DNA from: Squalus acanthias
Taxonomy: Eukaryota
Direction: 5' to 3'
Length of the DNA: 64,000 bases
Assembly (NCBI GenBank): GCA_030390025.1
Contig: CM059438.1
Coordinates: 56,484,001 to 56,548,000 of the forward strand
Part shown: positions 9,854 to 24,100 of the stretch, piece by piece
Layout of the letters: the number at the start of each line of letters is the position of its first letter
How positions within the stretch are numbered: the stretch's first letter is position 1
Made by a program: the position numbers and the translations under genes
The notes under the pieces: model-generated
Databases searched by the model: none
What the model was told of the DNA's origin: nothing
What the model saw: only the letters and a program-made list of their open reading frames with translations

Positions 9854-12169
9854 TCACGTTCTATATCGTGACATGAACCCGATATCGCGATTGAGGCCAT
9901 CCTCATGAGTGCGGAACTTGGCTATCAGTTTCTGCTCTATGATTTTGCGCTGTCGTGTATCTCGAAGGCCGCCTTGGAGAACGCTTACCCGCAGATCCGA
10001 GGCTGAATGCCCCTGGCTGCTGAAGTGTTGCCCGACTGGGAGGCAACCCTCCTGCCTGGCGATTGTTGCGCGGTGTCCGTTCATACGTTGTCTCAGTGTC
10101 TGCATGGTCTCGCCGATGTACCATGCTCTGGAGCATCCTTTACTGCAACGTATCAGGTAGACAACGTTGGCCGAGTCACATGAGTATGTACCGTGTACCT
10201 GGTGGATAGTGTCCTCACGTGTAATGATGGTATCTGTGTCCATGATTTGGCATGTCTTGCAGAGGTTGCCGTGGCAGGGTTGTGTGGTGTCTTGGTTGCT
10301 GTTCTCCTGAAAGATGGGTAATCTGCTGCGAACGATGGTACTTTTGAGGTTAGGCGGCTGCTTGAAGGCGAGTAGTGGAGGCGTGGGGATGGCCTTAGCA
10401 AGGTGTTCGTCGTCATCGATGACATGTTGAAGGCTGCGAAGAACATGGCGTAGTTTTTCCGCTCCGGGGAAGTACTGGACGACGTAGGGTACTCTGTTGG
10501 TTGTGTCCCGTGTTCGTCTTCTGAGGAGGTCTATGCGGTTTTTCGCTGTGGCCCGTCGGAACTGTCGATCGACGAGTCGAGCGTCATATCCCGTTCTTAC
10601 GAGGGCGTCTTTCAGTGTCCGTAGGTGTCCATCGCGTTCCTCCTCGTCTGAGCAGATCCTGTGTATTCGCAGGGCTTGTCCATAGGGGATGGCTTCTTTA
10701 ACGTGGTTAGGGTGGAAGCTGGAGAAGTGGAGCATCGTGAGGTTGTCCGTGGGCTTGCGGTAGAGTGAAGTGCTGAGGCGTCCGTCTTTGATGGAGATTC
10801 GTGTGTCCAAGAATGAAACCGATTCTGAGGAGTAGTCCATGGTGAGTTTGATGGTGGGATGGAACCTGTTGATGCTATCGTGTAGTCCTTTCAGTGATCC
10901 TTCGCCGTGGGTCCAAAGGAAGAAGATGTCGTCGATGTATCTGGTGTACAGCGTTGGTTGGAGGTCCTGTGCAGCGAAGAAGTCTTGCTCGAACTTGTGC
11001 ATGAAGATGTTGGCGTATTGGGGTGCGAATTTGGTCCCCATGGCTGTTCCGTGTGTTTGGGTGAAAAAATGGTTGTCGAAGGTGAAGACATTGTGGTCAA
11101 GGATGAAGCGGATGAGTTGTAAGATGGCGTCCGGAGATTGGCTGTTGTTGGTGTTGAGTACTGAGGCTGTCGCAGCGATGCCGTCATTATGGGGGATATT
11201 GGTGTAGAGTGCCGATACGTCCATTGTGACGAGGAGTGTTCCTGGTTCAACTGGTCCATGGGTGCTGAGTTTCTGCAAGAAGTCTGTAGTGTCGCGACAG
11301 AAGCTGGGGGTTCCCTGTACAATGGGTTTCAGGATGCCCTCGACATACCCAGAGAGGTTCTCACACAGGGTTCCGTTGCCTGATACGATAGGACGTCCGG
11401 GTGTGTTGGCTTTGAGTATCTTTGGGAGGCAGTAAAAGTCTCCTACGCGGGGAGTACGTGGGATGAGAGCGCGTAGGATGTTTTGAAGGTCTGGATCGAA
11501 GGTCTTGATCAGTCTATTGAGTTGGCGGGTGTGTTCTTTGGTCGGATCTGCGGGTAGCTGTCTGTAGTGTTCCTGGTTGTCCAGTTGTCAGTATGCTTCT
11601 TTGCAATAGTCCGTTCTGTTCTGTATGACGATGGCTCCTCCTTTGTCCGCTGGTTTGATGACGATGTTGCGGTTGGTCTTGAGTGCGTGGATGGCGTTGC
11701 GTTGTGCTCGGGTGACATTCTGGACTGTCTTGTGAGTACGGCTGATGAATCTGGCGTTGATGCATTTCCTGACAGCTTGAGCATACATGTCAAGCTTAGG
11801 GTTGCGACCCTCCGGAGGGGACCAATTTGACTCTTTCTTCCTCGGTTGTAGCACTGCGGTTCCCTCTGTCTGCTGTTCCGGATCATTGATTGTCCCATTA
11901 GGAATGTTGCTGACATCTTGGGATTTGTGATAGTATTCCCGGATCCTCATTCTCCTGATGAATTCCTCTGTGTCCGCCGCGAGACCGATGGGGTCCATTT
12001 TGGTGGTGGGGCAGAACTTGAGCCCTAGGGCGAGAACTTCGATTTCGTCTGGTTGAAGGGTGTGGTCCGACAGGTTGACGATGGACTTCCCTGTGGTTGC
12101 AACCGTGGTACCGGGGGAGGCTTGGTTGTAGCTGGTGGTTACGCCGAGTTGCTCAAGCTTCCTGTTCTT
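9854..12169 (-). pseudogene. PLE RT/GIY-YIG ORF interrupted by a single in-frame stop
   Basis: ORFs 11588..11998 and 9854..11278 are in the same frame. My manual translation of 11279-11587 (..FYCLPKILKANTPGRPIVSG..) and 11999-12169 (..SIVNLSDHTL..LGLKFCP) is open. The only stop is TGA at 11588-11590. Confidence 0.85.
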
Positions 12170-15100
12170 GATCTAATAGAGGCAGTGTGTATCATTGAGT
12201 GTGTATATCTATTAGAGGCAGTGTGTACCATTCAGTGTGAATATCTATTTGAGGCAGTGTGTACCATTCAGTGTGAATATCTATTAGAGGCAGTGTGTAC
12301 CATTCAGTGTGTATATCTATTAGAGGCAGTGTGTACCATTCAGTGTGTATATCTATTAGAGGCAGTGTGTACCATTCAGTGTGTATATCTATTAGTGGCA
12401 GTGTGTACCATTCACTGTGTATATCTATTAGAGGCAGTGTGTATCATTGAGTGTGTATATCTATTAGAGGCAGTGTGTATCATTCAGTGTGTATATCTAT
12501 TAGAGGCAGTGTGTACCATTCAGTGTGTATATCTATTAGAGGCAGTGTGTACCATTCAGTGTGTTTATCTATTAGAGGCAGTGTGTATCATTCAGTGTGA
12601 AAAAGTATTAGAGGCAGTGTGTACCATTCAGTGTGTTTATCTATTAGAGGCAGTGTGTATCATTCAGTGTGTATATCTATTAGGGGCAGTGTGTAACATT
12701 CAGTGTGAATATCTACTAGAGGCAGTGTGTTCCATTCAGTGTGTATATCTATTAGAGGCAGTGTGTACCATTCAGTGTGTATATCTATTAGAGGCAGTGT
12801 GTACCATTCAGTGTGTATATCTATTAGAGGCAGTGTGTACAATTCACTGTGTATATCTATTAGAGGCAGTGTGTACCATTCAGTGTGAATATCTATTTGA
12901 GGCAGTGTGTACCATTCAGTGTGAATATCTATTAGAGGCAGTGTGTACCATTCAGTGTGTATATCTATTAGAGGCAGTGTGTACCATTCAGTGTGTATAT
13001 CTATTAGAGGCTGTGTGTATCATTCAGTGTGTATATCTGTTAGAGACAGTGTGTATCATTCAGTGTGTATATCTATTAGAGGCAGTGTGTACCATTCAGT
13101 GTGTATATCTATTAGTGGCAGTGTGTACCATTCACTGTGTATATCTATTAGAGGCAGTGTGTATCATTGAGTGTGTATATCTATTAGAGGCAGTGTGTAC
13201 CATTCACTGCGTATATCTATTAGAGGCAGTGTGTATCATTGAGTGTGTATATCTATTAGAGGCAATGCGTACCATTCACAGTTTATATCTATTAGAGCCA
13301 GTGTGTATCATTGAGTGTGTATATCTATTAGAGGCAATGCGTACCATTCACAGTTTATATCTATTAGAGGCAGTGTGTATCATTGAGTGTGTATATCTAT
13401 TAGAGGCAGTGTGTACCATTCACTGTGTATATCTATTAGAGGCAGTGTGTACCATTCAGTGTGTATATCTATTAGAGGCAGTGTGTATCATTGAGGGTGT
13501 ATATCTATTAGAGGCAGTGTGTACCATTCACTTTGTATATCTATTAGAGGCAGTGTGTGTCATTCAGTGTGTATATCTATTAGAGGCAGTGTGTAACATT
13601 CAGTGTGTATATCTATTAGTGGCAGTGTGTATCATTCAGTGTGAATAACTATTAGAGGCAGTGTGTAACATTCAGTGTGAATATCTATTAGAGGCAGTGT
13701 GTACCATTCACTGTCTATATCTATCAGAGGCAGTGTGTACCATTCAGTGTGTATATCTATTAGAGGCAGTGTGTACCATTCAGTGTGAATATCTGTTTGA
13801 GGCAGTGTGTACCATTCACTGTGTATATCTATTAGAGGCAGTGTGTACCATTCAGTGTGTATATCTATTAGAGGCAGTGTGTACCATTCAGTGTGAATAT
13901 CTATTAGAGGTAGTGTGTACCATTCACTGTGTATATCTATTAGAGGCAGTGTGTATCATTCAGTGTGTATATCTATTAGAGGCAGTGTGTACCATTCAGG
14001 GTGTATATCTTTTACAGGCAGTGTGTACCATTCGGTGGGTATATCTATTAGAGGCAGTGTGTACCATTCGGTGGGTATATCTATTAGAGGCAGTGTGTAC
14101 CATTCAGTGTGTTTATCTATTAGAGGCAGTGTGTATCATTCAGTGAGTATATCTATTAGAGGCAGTGTGGATCATTCAGTGTGTATCTCTATTAGAGGCA
14201 GTGTGTACCATTCAGTGAGTATATCTATTATAGGCAGTGTGTACTATTCAGTGTGTATATCTATTAGAGGCAGAGTGTATCATTCAGTGTGTGTATATCT
14301 ATTAGAGGGAGTGGGTATCATTCAGTGTGTGAATATCTATTAAAGGGAGTGGGTATCATTCAGTGTGTATATCTATTAGAGGCAGGCTGTATCATTGAGG
14401 GTGTATATCAATTAGAGGCAGTGTGTGTCATTCAGTGGGTATATCTATTAGAGGCAGTGTGTATCATTGAAGGTGTATATCTATTAGAGGCAGTGTGTAT
14501 CATTGAGTGTGTATATCTATTAGAGGCAGTGTGTACCATTCAGTGTGTATATCTATTGGAGGCAGTGTGTATCATTCAGTGTGTATATCTATTAGAGGCA
14601 GTGTGTACCATTCAGCGTGTATATCTATTAGAGGCAGTGCGTACCATTCACTGCGTATATCTATTAGAGGCAGTGTGTACCATTCACTGTTTATATCTAT
14701 TAGAGCCAGTGTGTATCATTGAGTGTGTATATCTATTAGAGGCAGTGTGTACCATTCACTGTGTATATCTATTAGAGGCAGTGTGTACCATTCAGTGTGT
14801 ATATCTATTAGAGGCAGTGTGTATCATTGAGGGTGTATATCTATTAGAGGCAGTGTGTACCATTCACTTTGTATATCTATTAGAGGCAGTGTGTGTCATT
14901 CAGTGTGTATATCTATTAGAGGCAGTGTGTATCATTCAGTGTGTATATCTATTAGCGGCAGTGTGTATCATTCAGTGTGAATAACTATTAGAGGCAGTGT
15001 GTAACATTCAGTGTGAATATCTATTAGAGGCAGTGTGTACCATTCACTGTGTATATCTATCAGAGGCAGTGTGTACCATTCAGTGTGTATATCTATTAGA

Positions 15101-18100
15101 GGCAGTGTGTATCATTCGGTGTGAATATCTATTAGAGGCAGTGTGTACCATTCACTGTGTATATCTATTAGAGGCAGTGTGTACCATTCAGTGTGTATAT
15201 CTATTAGAGGCAGTGTGTACCATTCAGTGTGAATATCTATTAGACGTAGTGTGTACCATTCACTGTGTATATCTATTAGAGGCAGTGTGTATCATTCAGT
15301 GTGTATATCTATTAGAGGCAGTGTGTACCATTCAGGGTGTATATCTTTTACAGGCAGTGTGTACCATTCAGTGGGTATATCTATTAGAGGCAGTGTGTAC
15401 CATTCGGTGGGTATATCTATTAGAGGCAGTGTGTACCATTCAGTGTGTTTATCTATTAGAGGCAGTGTGTATCATTCAGTGAGTATATCTATTAGAGGCA
15501 GTGTGTATCATTCAGTGTGTATCTCTATTAGAGGCAGTGTGTACCATTCAGTGAGTATATCTATTAGAGGCAGTGTGTACTATTCAGTGTGTATATCTAT
15601 TAGAGGCAGAGTGTATCATTCAGTGTGTGTATATCTATTAGAGGGAGTGGGTATCATTCAGTGTGTGAATATCTATTAGAGGGAGTGGGTATCATTCAGT
15701 GTGTATATCTATTAGAGGCAGGGTGTATCATTGAGGGTGTATATCAATTAGAGGCAGTGTGTGTCATTCAGTGTGTATATCTATTAGAGGCAGTGTGTAT
15801 CATTGAAGGTGTATATCTATTAGAGGCAGTGTGTATCTTTGAGTGTGTATATCTATTAGAGGCAGTGTGTACCATTCAGTGTGTATATCTATTAGAGGCA
15901 GTGTGTATCATTCAGTGTGTCTATCTATTAGAGGCAGTGTGTACCATTCAGCGTGTATATCTATAAGAGTCAGTGTGTACCATTCACTGTGCATATCTAT
16001 TAGAGGCAGTGTGCACCATTCAGTGTGTATATCTATTGGAGGCTGTGTGTACCATTCAGTGTGTATATCTATTAGAGTCAATGTGTACCATTCACTGTGT
16101 ATATCTATTAGAGGCAGTGTGTACCATTCAGTGTGTATATCTATTAGAGGCAGTGTGTACCATTCAGTGTGAATATCTATTAGAGGTAGTGTGTACCATT
16201 CACTGTGTATATCTATTAGAGGCAGTGTGTATCATTCAGTGTGTATATCTATTAGAGGCAGTGTGTACCATTCAGGGTGTATATCTTTTACAGGCAGTGT
16301 GTACCATTCGGTGGGTATATCTATTAGAGGCAGTGTGTACCATTCGGTGGGTATATCTATTAGAGGCAGTGTGTACCATTCAGTGTGTTTATCTATTAGA
16401 GGCAGTGTGTATCATTCAGTGAGTATATCTATTAGAGGCAGTGTGGATCATTCAGTGTGTATCTCTATTAGAGGCAGTGTGTACCATTCAGTGAGTATAT
16501 CTATTATAGGCAGTGTGTACTATTCAGTGTGTATATCTATTAGAGGCAGAGTGTATCATTCAGTGTGTGTATATCTATTAGAGGGAGTGGGTATCATTCA
16601 GTGTGTGAATATCTATTAAAGGGAGTGGGTATCATTCAGTGTGTATATCTATTAGAGGCAGGCTGTATCATTGAGGGTGTATATCAATTAGAGGCAGTGT
16701 GTGTCATTCAGTGGGTATATCTATTAGAGGCAGTGTGTATCATTGAAGGTGTATATCTATTAGAGGCAGTGTGTATCATTGAGTGTGTATATCTATTAGA
16801 GGCAGTGTGTACCATTCAGTGTGTATATCTATTGGAGGCAGTGTGTATCATTCAGTGTGTATATCTATTAGAGGCAGTGTGTACCATTCAGCGTGTATAT
16901 CTATTAGAGGCAGTGCGTACCATTCACTGCGTATATCTATTAGAGGCAGTGTGTACCATTCACTGTTTATATCTATTAGAGCCAGTGTGTATCATTGAGT
17001 GTGTATATCTATTAGAGGCAGTGTGTACCATTCACTGTGTATATCTATTAGAGGCAGTGTGTACCATTGAGTGTGTATATCTATTAGAGGCAGTGTGTAT
17101 CATTGAGGGTGTATATCTATTAGAGGCAGTGTGTACCATTCACTTTGTATATCTATTAGAGGCAGTGTGTGTCATTCAGTGTGTATATCTATTAGAGGCA
17201 GTGTGTATCATTCAGTGTGTATATCTATTAGCGGCAGTGTGTATCATTCAGTGTGAATAACTATTAGAGGCAGTGTGTAACATTCAGTGTGAATATCTAT
17301 TAGAGGCAGTGTGTACCATTCACTGTGTATATCTATCAGAGGCAGTGTGTACCATTCAGTGTGTATATCTATTAGAGGCAGTGTGTATCATTCGGTGTGA
17401 ATATCTATTAGAGGCAGTGTGTACCATTCACTGTGTATATCTATTAGAGGCAGTGTGTACCATTCAGTGTGTATATCTATTAGAGGCAGTGTGTACCATT
17501 CAGTGTGAATATCTATTAGACGTAGTGTGTACCATTCACTGTGTATATCTATTAGAGGCAGTGTGTATCATTCAGTGTGTATATCTATTAGAGGCAGTGT
17601 GTACCATTCAGGGTGTATATCTTTTACAGGCAGTGTGTACCATTCAGTGGGTATATCTATTAGAGGCAGTGTGTACCATTCGGTGGGTATATCTATTAGA
17701 GGCAGTGTGTACCATTCAGTGTGTTTATCTATTAGAGGCAGTGTGTATCATTCAGTGAGTATATCTATTAGAGGCAGTGTGTATCATTCAGTGTGTATCT
17801 CTATTAGAGGCAGTGTGTACCATTCAGTGAGTATATCTATTAGAGGCAGTGTGTACTATTCAGTGTGTATATCTATTAGAGGCAGAGTGTATCATTCAGT
17901 GTGTGTATATCTATTAGAGGGAGTGGGTATCATTCAGTGTGTGAATATCTATTAGAGGGAGTGGGTATCATTCAGTGTGTATATCTATTAGAGGCAGGGT
18001 GTATCATTGAGGGTGTATATCAATTAGAGGCAGTGTGTGTCATTCAGTGTGTATATCTATTAGAGGCAGTGTGTATCATTGAAGGTGTATATCTATTAGA

Positions 18101-21100
18101 GGCAGTGTGTATCTTTGAGTGTGTATATCTATTAGAGGCAGTGTGTACCATTCAGTGTGTATATCTATTAGAGGCAGTGTGTATCATTCAGTGTGTCTAT
18201 CTATTAGAGGCAGTGTGTACCATTCAGCGTGTATATCTATAAGAGTCAGTGTGTACCATTCACTGTGCATATCTATTAGAGGCAGTGTGCACCATTCAGT
18301 GTGTATATCTATTGGAGGCTGTGTGTACCATTCAGTGTGTATATCTATTAGAGTCAATGTGTACCATTCACTGTGTATATCTATTAGAGGCAGTGTGTAT
18401 CATTCAGTGTGTATATCTATTAGAGGCAGTGTGTACCAATCAGTGTGTATATCTATTAGACGCAGTGTGCATCATTCAGTGTGTATATCTATTAGAGCCA
18501 GTGTGTATCATTGAGTGTGTATATCTATTAAAGGCTGTGTGTACCATTCACTGTGTATATCTATTAGAAGCAGTGTGTATCATTCAGTGTGTATATCTAT
18601 TAGTGGCAGTGTGTACCATTCACTGTGTATATCTATTAGAGGCAGTGTGTATCATTGAGTGTGTATATCTATTAGAGGCAGTGCGTACCATTCACTGCGT
18701 ATATCTATTAGAGGCAGTGTGTACCATTCACTGTTTATATCTATTAGAGCCAGTGTGTATCATTGAGTGTGTAAATCTATTAGAGGCAGTGTGTACCATT
18801 CAGTGTGTATATCTATTAGAGGCAGTGTGTACCAATCAGTGTGTATATCTATTAGAGGCAGTGTGTATCATTCACTGTGTATATCTATTAGAGGCAGTGT
18901 GTATCATTCAGTGTGTATATCTATTAGTGGCAGTGTGTACCATTCACTGTGTATATCTATTAGAGGCAGGGTGTATCATTGATTGTGTATATCTATTAGA
19001 GGCAGTGCGTACTATTCACTGCGTATATCTATTAGAGGCAGTGTGTACCATTCACTGTTTATATCTATTGGAGCCAGTGTGTATCATTGAGTGTGTATAT
19101 CTATTAGAGGCAGCGTGTACCATTCACTGTGTATATCTATTAGAGGCAGTGTGTACCATTCAGTGTGTATATCTATTAGAGGCAGTGTGTATCATTGAGG
19201 GTGTATATCTATTAGAGGCAGTGTGTACCATTCACTTTGTATATCTATTAGAGGCAGTGTGTACAATTCAGTCTTTATATCTATTAGAGACAGTGTGGAC
19301 CATTCAATGTGTACATCTATTACACGCAGTGTGTACCATTCAGTGTGAATATCTATTAGAGGCAGTGTGTACCATTCAGTGTGAATATCTATTAGAGGCA
19401 CTGTGTACCATTCACTGTGTATATCTATTAGAGGCAGTGTGTACCATTCAGTGTGTATATCTATTAGAGGCAGTGTGTACCATTCAGTGTGAATATCTAT
19501 TAGAGGCAGTGTGTACCATTCACTGTGTATATCTATTAGCGGCAGTGTGTACCATTCAGTGTGTATATCTATTAGAGGCAGTGTGTGTCATTCAGTGTGT
19601 ATATCTATTAGAGGCAGTGTGTACCATTCACTTTGTATATCTATTAGTGGCAGTGTGTATCATTCAGTGTGAATAACTATTAGAGGCAGTGTGTAACATT
19701 CAGTGTGAATATCTATTAGAGGCAGTGTGTACCATTCACTGTGTATATCTATCAGAGGCAGTGTGTATCATTCGGTGTGTATATCTATTAGAGGCAGTGT
19801 GTACCATTCAGTGTGTATATCTGTTAGAGGCAGTGTGTACCATTCAGTGTGTCTATCTATGAGAGGCAGTGTGTACCATTCGGTGGGTATATCTATTAGA
19901 GGCAGTGTGTATCATTCGGTGTGAATATCTATTAGAGGCAGTGTGTACCATTCAGTGTGTTTATCTATTGGAGGCAGTGTGTATCATTCAGTGTGAATAT
20001 CTATTAGAGGCAGTGCGTAACATTCAGTGTGAATATCTAATAGAGGCAGTGTGTACCATTCAGTGTGTATATCTCTTAGAGGCAGTGTGTACCATTCAGT
20101 GTGTATATCTATTAGAGGCAGTGTACCATTCAGTGTGTATATCTATTAGAGGCAGTGTGTACCATTCAGTGTGTATATCTATTAGTGGCAGTGTGTATCA
20201 TTCAGTGTGAATAACTATTAGAGGCAGTGTGTAACATTCAGTGTGTATATCTCTTAGAGGCAGTGTGTACCATTCAGTGTGTATATCTATTAGAGGCAGT
20301 GTACCATTCAGTGTGTATATCTATTAGAGGCCGTGTGTACCATTCACTGTGTATATCTATTAGAGGCAGTGTGTACCATTCACTGTGTATATCTATTAGA
20401 GGCAGTGTGTACCATTCAGTGTGAATATCTATTTGAGGCAGTGTGTACCATTCACTGTGTATATCTATTAGAGGCAATGTGTACCATTCAGTGTGTATAT
20501 CTATTAGAGGCAGTGTGTACCATTCAGTGTGAATATCTATTAGAGGTAGTGTGTACCATTCACTGTGTATATCTATTAGAGGCAGTGTGTATCATTCAGT
20601 GTGTATATCTATTAGAGGCAGTGTGTACCATTCAGTGTGTATATCTTTAACAGGCAGTGTGTACCATTCGGTGGGTATATCTATTAGAGGCAGTGTGTAC
20701 CATTCGGTGGGTATATCTATTAGAGGCAGTGTGTACCATTCAGTGTGTTTATCTATTACAGGCAGTGTGTATCATTCAGTGAGTATATCTATTAGAGGCA
20801 GTGTGTATCATTCAGTGTGTATCTCTATTAGAGGCAGAGTGTATCATTCAGTGTGTGTATATCTATTTGAGGGAGTGGGTATCATTCAGTGTGTGAATAT
20901 CTATTAGAGGGAGTGGGTATCATTCAGTGTGTATATCTATTAGAGGCAGGGTGTATCATTGAGGGTGTATATCAATTAGAGGCAGTGTGTGTCATTCAGT
21001 GGGTATATCTATTAGAGGCAGTGTGTATCATTGAAGGTGTATATCTATTAGAGGCAGTGTGTATCATTGAGTGTGTATATCTATTAGAGGCAGTGTGTAC

Positions 21101-24100
21101 CATTCAGTGTGTATATCTATTAGAGGCAGTGTGTACCATTCAGTGTGAATATCTGTTTGAGGCAGTGTGTACCATTCACTGTGTATATCTATTAGAGGCA
21201 GTGTGTACCATTCAGTGTGTATATCTATTAGAGGCAGTGTGTACCATTCAGTGTGAATATCTATTAGACGTAGTGTGTACCATTCACTGTGTATATCTAT
21301 TAGAGGCAGTGTGTACCATTCAGCGTGTATATCTATTAGAGGCAGTGCGTACCATTCACTGCGTATATCTATTAGAGGCAGTGTGTACCATTCACGGTTT
21401 ATATCTATTAGAGCCAGTGTGTATCATTGAGTGTGTATATCTATTAGAGGCAGTGTGTACCATTCACTGTGTATATCTATTAGAGGCAGTGTGTACCATT
21501 CAGTGTGTATATCTATTAGAGGCAGTGTGTATCATTGAGGGTGTATATCTATTAGAGGCAGTGTGTACCATTCACTTTGTATATCTATTAGAGGCAGTGT
21601 GTGTCATTCAGTGTGTATATCTATTAGAGGCAGTGTGTACCATTCAGTGTGTATATCTATTAGTGGCAGTGTGTATCATTCAGTGTGAATAACTATTAGA
21701 GGCAGTGTGTAACATTCAGTGTGAATATCTATTAGAGGCAGTGTGTACCATTCACTGTGTATATCTATCAGAGGCAGTGTGTACCATTCAGTGTGTATAT
21801 CTATTAGAGGCAGTGTGTACCATTCAGTGTGAATATCTGTTTGAGGCAGTGTGTACCATTCACTGTGTATATCTATTAGAGGCAGTGTGTACCATTCAGT
21901 GTGTATATCTATTAGAGGCAGTGTGTACCATTCAGTGTGAATATCTATTAGACGTAGTGTGTACCATTCACTGTGTATATCTATTAGAGGCAGTGTGTAT
22001 CATTCAGTGTGTATATCTATTAGAGGCAGTGTGTACCATTCAGGGTGTATATCTTTTACAGGCAGTGTGTACCATTCAGTGGGTATATCTATTAGAGGCA
22101 GTGTGTACCATTCGGTGGGTATATCTATTAGAGGCAGTGTGTACCATTCAGTGTGTTTATCTATTAGAGGCAGTGTGTATCATTCAGTGAGTATATCTAT
22201 TAGAGGCAGTGTGTATCATTCAGTGTGTATCTCTATTAGAGGCAGTGTGTACCATTCAGTGAGTATATCTATTAGAGGCAGTGTGTACTATTCAGTGTGT
22301 ATATCTATTAGAGGCAGAGTGTATCATTCAGTGTGTGTATATCTATTAGAGGGAGTGGGTATCATTCAGTGTGTGAATATCTATTAGAGGCAGTGTGTAC
22401 CAATCAGTGTGTATATCTATTAGACGCAGTGTGCATCATTCAGTGTGTATATCTATTAGAGCCAGTGTGTATCATTGAGTGTGTATATCTATTAAAGGCT
22501 GTGTGTACCATTCACTGTGTATATCTATTAGAAGCAGTGTGTATCATTGAGGGTGTATATCAATTAGAGGCAGTGTGTGTCATTCAGTGGGTATATCTAT
22601 TAGAGGCAGTGTGTATCATTGAAGGTGTATATCTATTAGAGGCAGTGTGTATCATTGAGTGTGTATATCTATTAGAGGCAGTGTGTACCATTCAGTGTGT
22701 ATATCTATTAGAGGCAGTGTGTACCATTCAGTGTGAATATCTGTTTGAGGCAGTGTGTACCATTCACTGTGTATATCTATTAGAGGCAGTGTGTACCATT
22801 CAGTGTGTATATCTATTAGAGGCAGTGTGTACCATTCAGTGTGAATATCTATTAGACGTAGTGTGTACCATTCACTGTGTATATCTATTAGAGGCAGTGT
22901 GTATCATTCAGTGTGTATATCTATTAGAGGCAGTGTGTACCATTCAGGGTGTATATCTTTTACAGGCAGTGTGTACCATTCAGTGGGTATATCTATTAGA
23001 GGCAGTGTGTACCATTCGGTGGGTATATCTATTAGAGGCAGTGTGTACCATTCAGTGTGTTTATCTATTAGAGGCAGTGTGTATCATTCAGTGAGTATAT
23101 CTATTAGAGGCAGTGTGTATCATTCAGTGTGTATCTCTATTAGAGGCAGTGTGTACCATTCAGTGAGTATATCTATTAGAGGCAGTGTGTACTATTCAGT
23201 GTGTATATCTATTAGAGGCAGAGTGTATCATTCAGTGTGTGTATATCTATTAGAGGGAGTGGGTATCATTCAGTGTGTGAATATCTATTAGAGGAGTGGG
23301 TATCATTCAGTGTGTATATCTATTAGAGGCAGGGTGTATCATTGAGGGTGTATATCAATTAGAGGCAGTGTGTGTCATTCAGTGTGTATATCTATTAGAG
23401 GCTGTGTGTATCATTGAAGGTGTATATCTATTAGAGGCAGTGTGTATCATTGAGTGTGTATATCTATTAGAGGCAGTGTGTACCATTCAGTGTGTATATC
23501 TATTAGAGGCAGTGTGTATCATTCAGTGTGTCTATCTATTAGAGGCAGTGTGTACCATTCAGCGTGTATATCTATAAGAGTCAGTGTGTACCATTCACTG
23601 TGTATATCTATTAGAGTCAATGTGTACCATTCACTGTGTATATCTATTAGAGGCAGTGTGTATCATTCAGTGTGTATATCTATTAGAGGCAGTGTGTACC
23701 AATCAGTGTGTATATCTATTAGACGCAGTGTGCATCATTCAGTGTGTATATCTATTCGAGCCAGTGTGTATCATTGAGTGTGTATATCTATTAAAGGCTG
23801 TGTGTACCATTCACTGTGTATATCTATTAGAAGCAGTGTGTATCATTCAGTGTGTATATCTATTAGTGGCAGTGTGTACCATTCACTGTGTATATCTATT
23901 AGAGGCAGTGTGTATCATTGAGTGTGTATATCTATTAGAGGCAGTGCGTACCATTCACTGCGTATATCTATTAGAGGCAGTGTGTACCATTCACTGTTTA
24001 TATCTATTAGAGCCAGTGTGTATCATTGAGTGTGTAAATCTATTAGAGGCAGTGTGTACCATTCACTGTGTATATCTATTAGAGGCAGTGTGTACCATTC

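Larger units (their letters stand above)
9554..12170 (-). mobile_element. Penelope-like retroelement (Neptune-like), 5'-truncated, with 10-bp TSD
   Basis: RT (GTAMG..FAP.YANIFM, RYIDD) plus a CHGNLCKTC linker and GIY-YIG endonuclease (VVYLIRC...WYIGET). TSD ATCTAATAGA at 9544-9553 and 12171-12180 duplicates a non-consensus satellite variant. Confidence 0.95.

Noticed and set aside
12053..13648. 531-aa ORF starting in the Penelope element
   Set aside because: Antisense PLE sequence reading into the open satellite frame.
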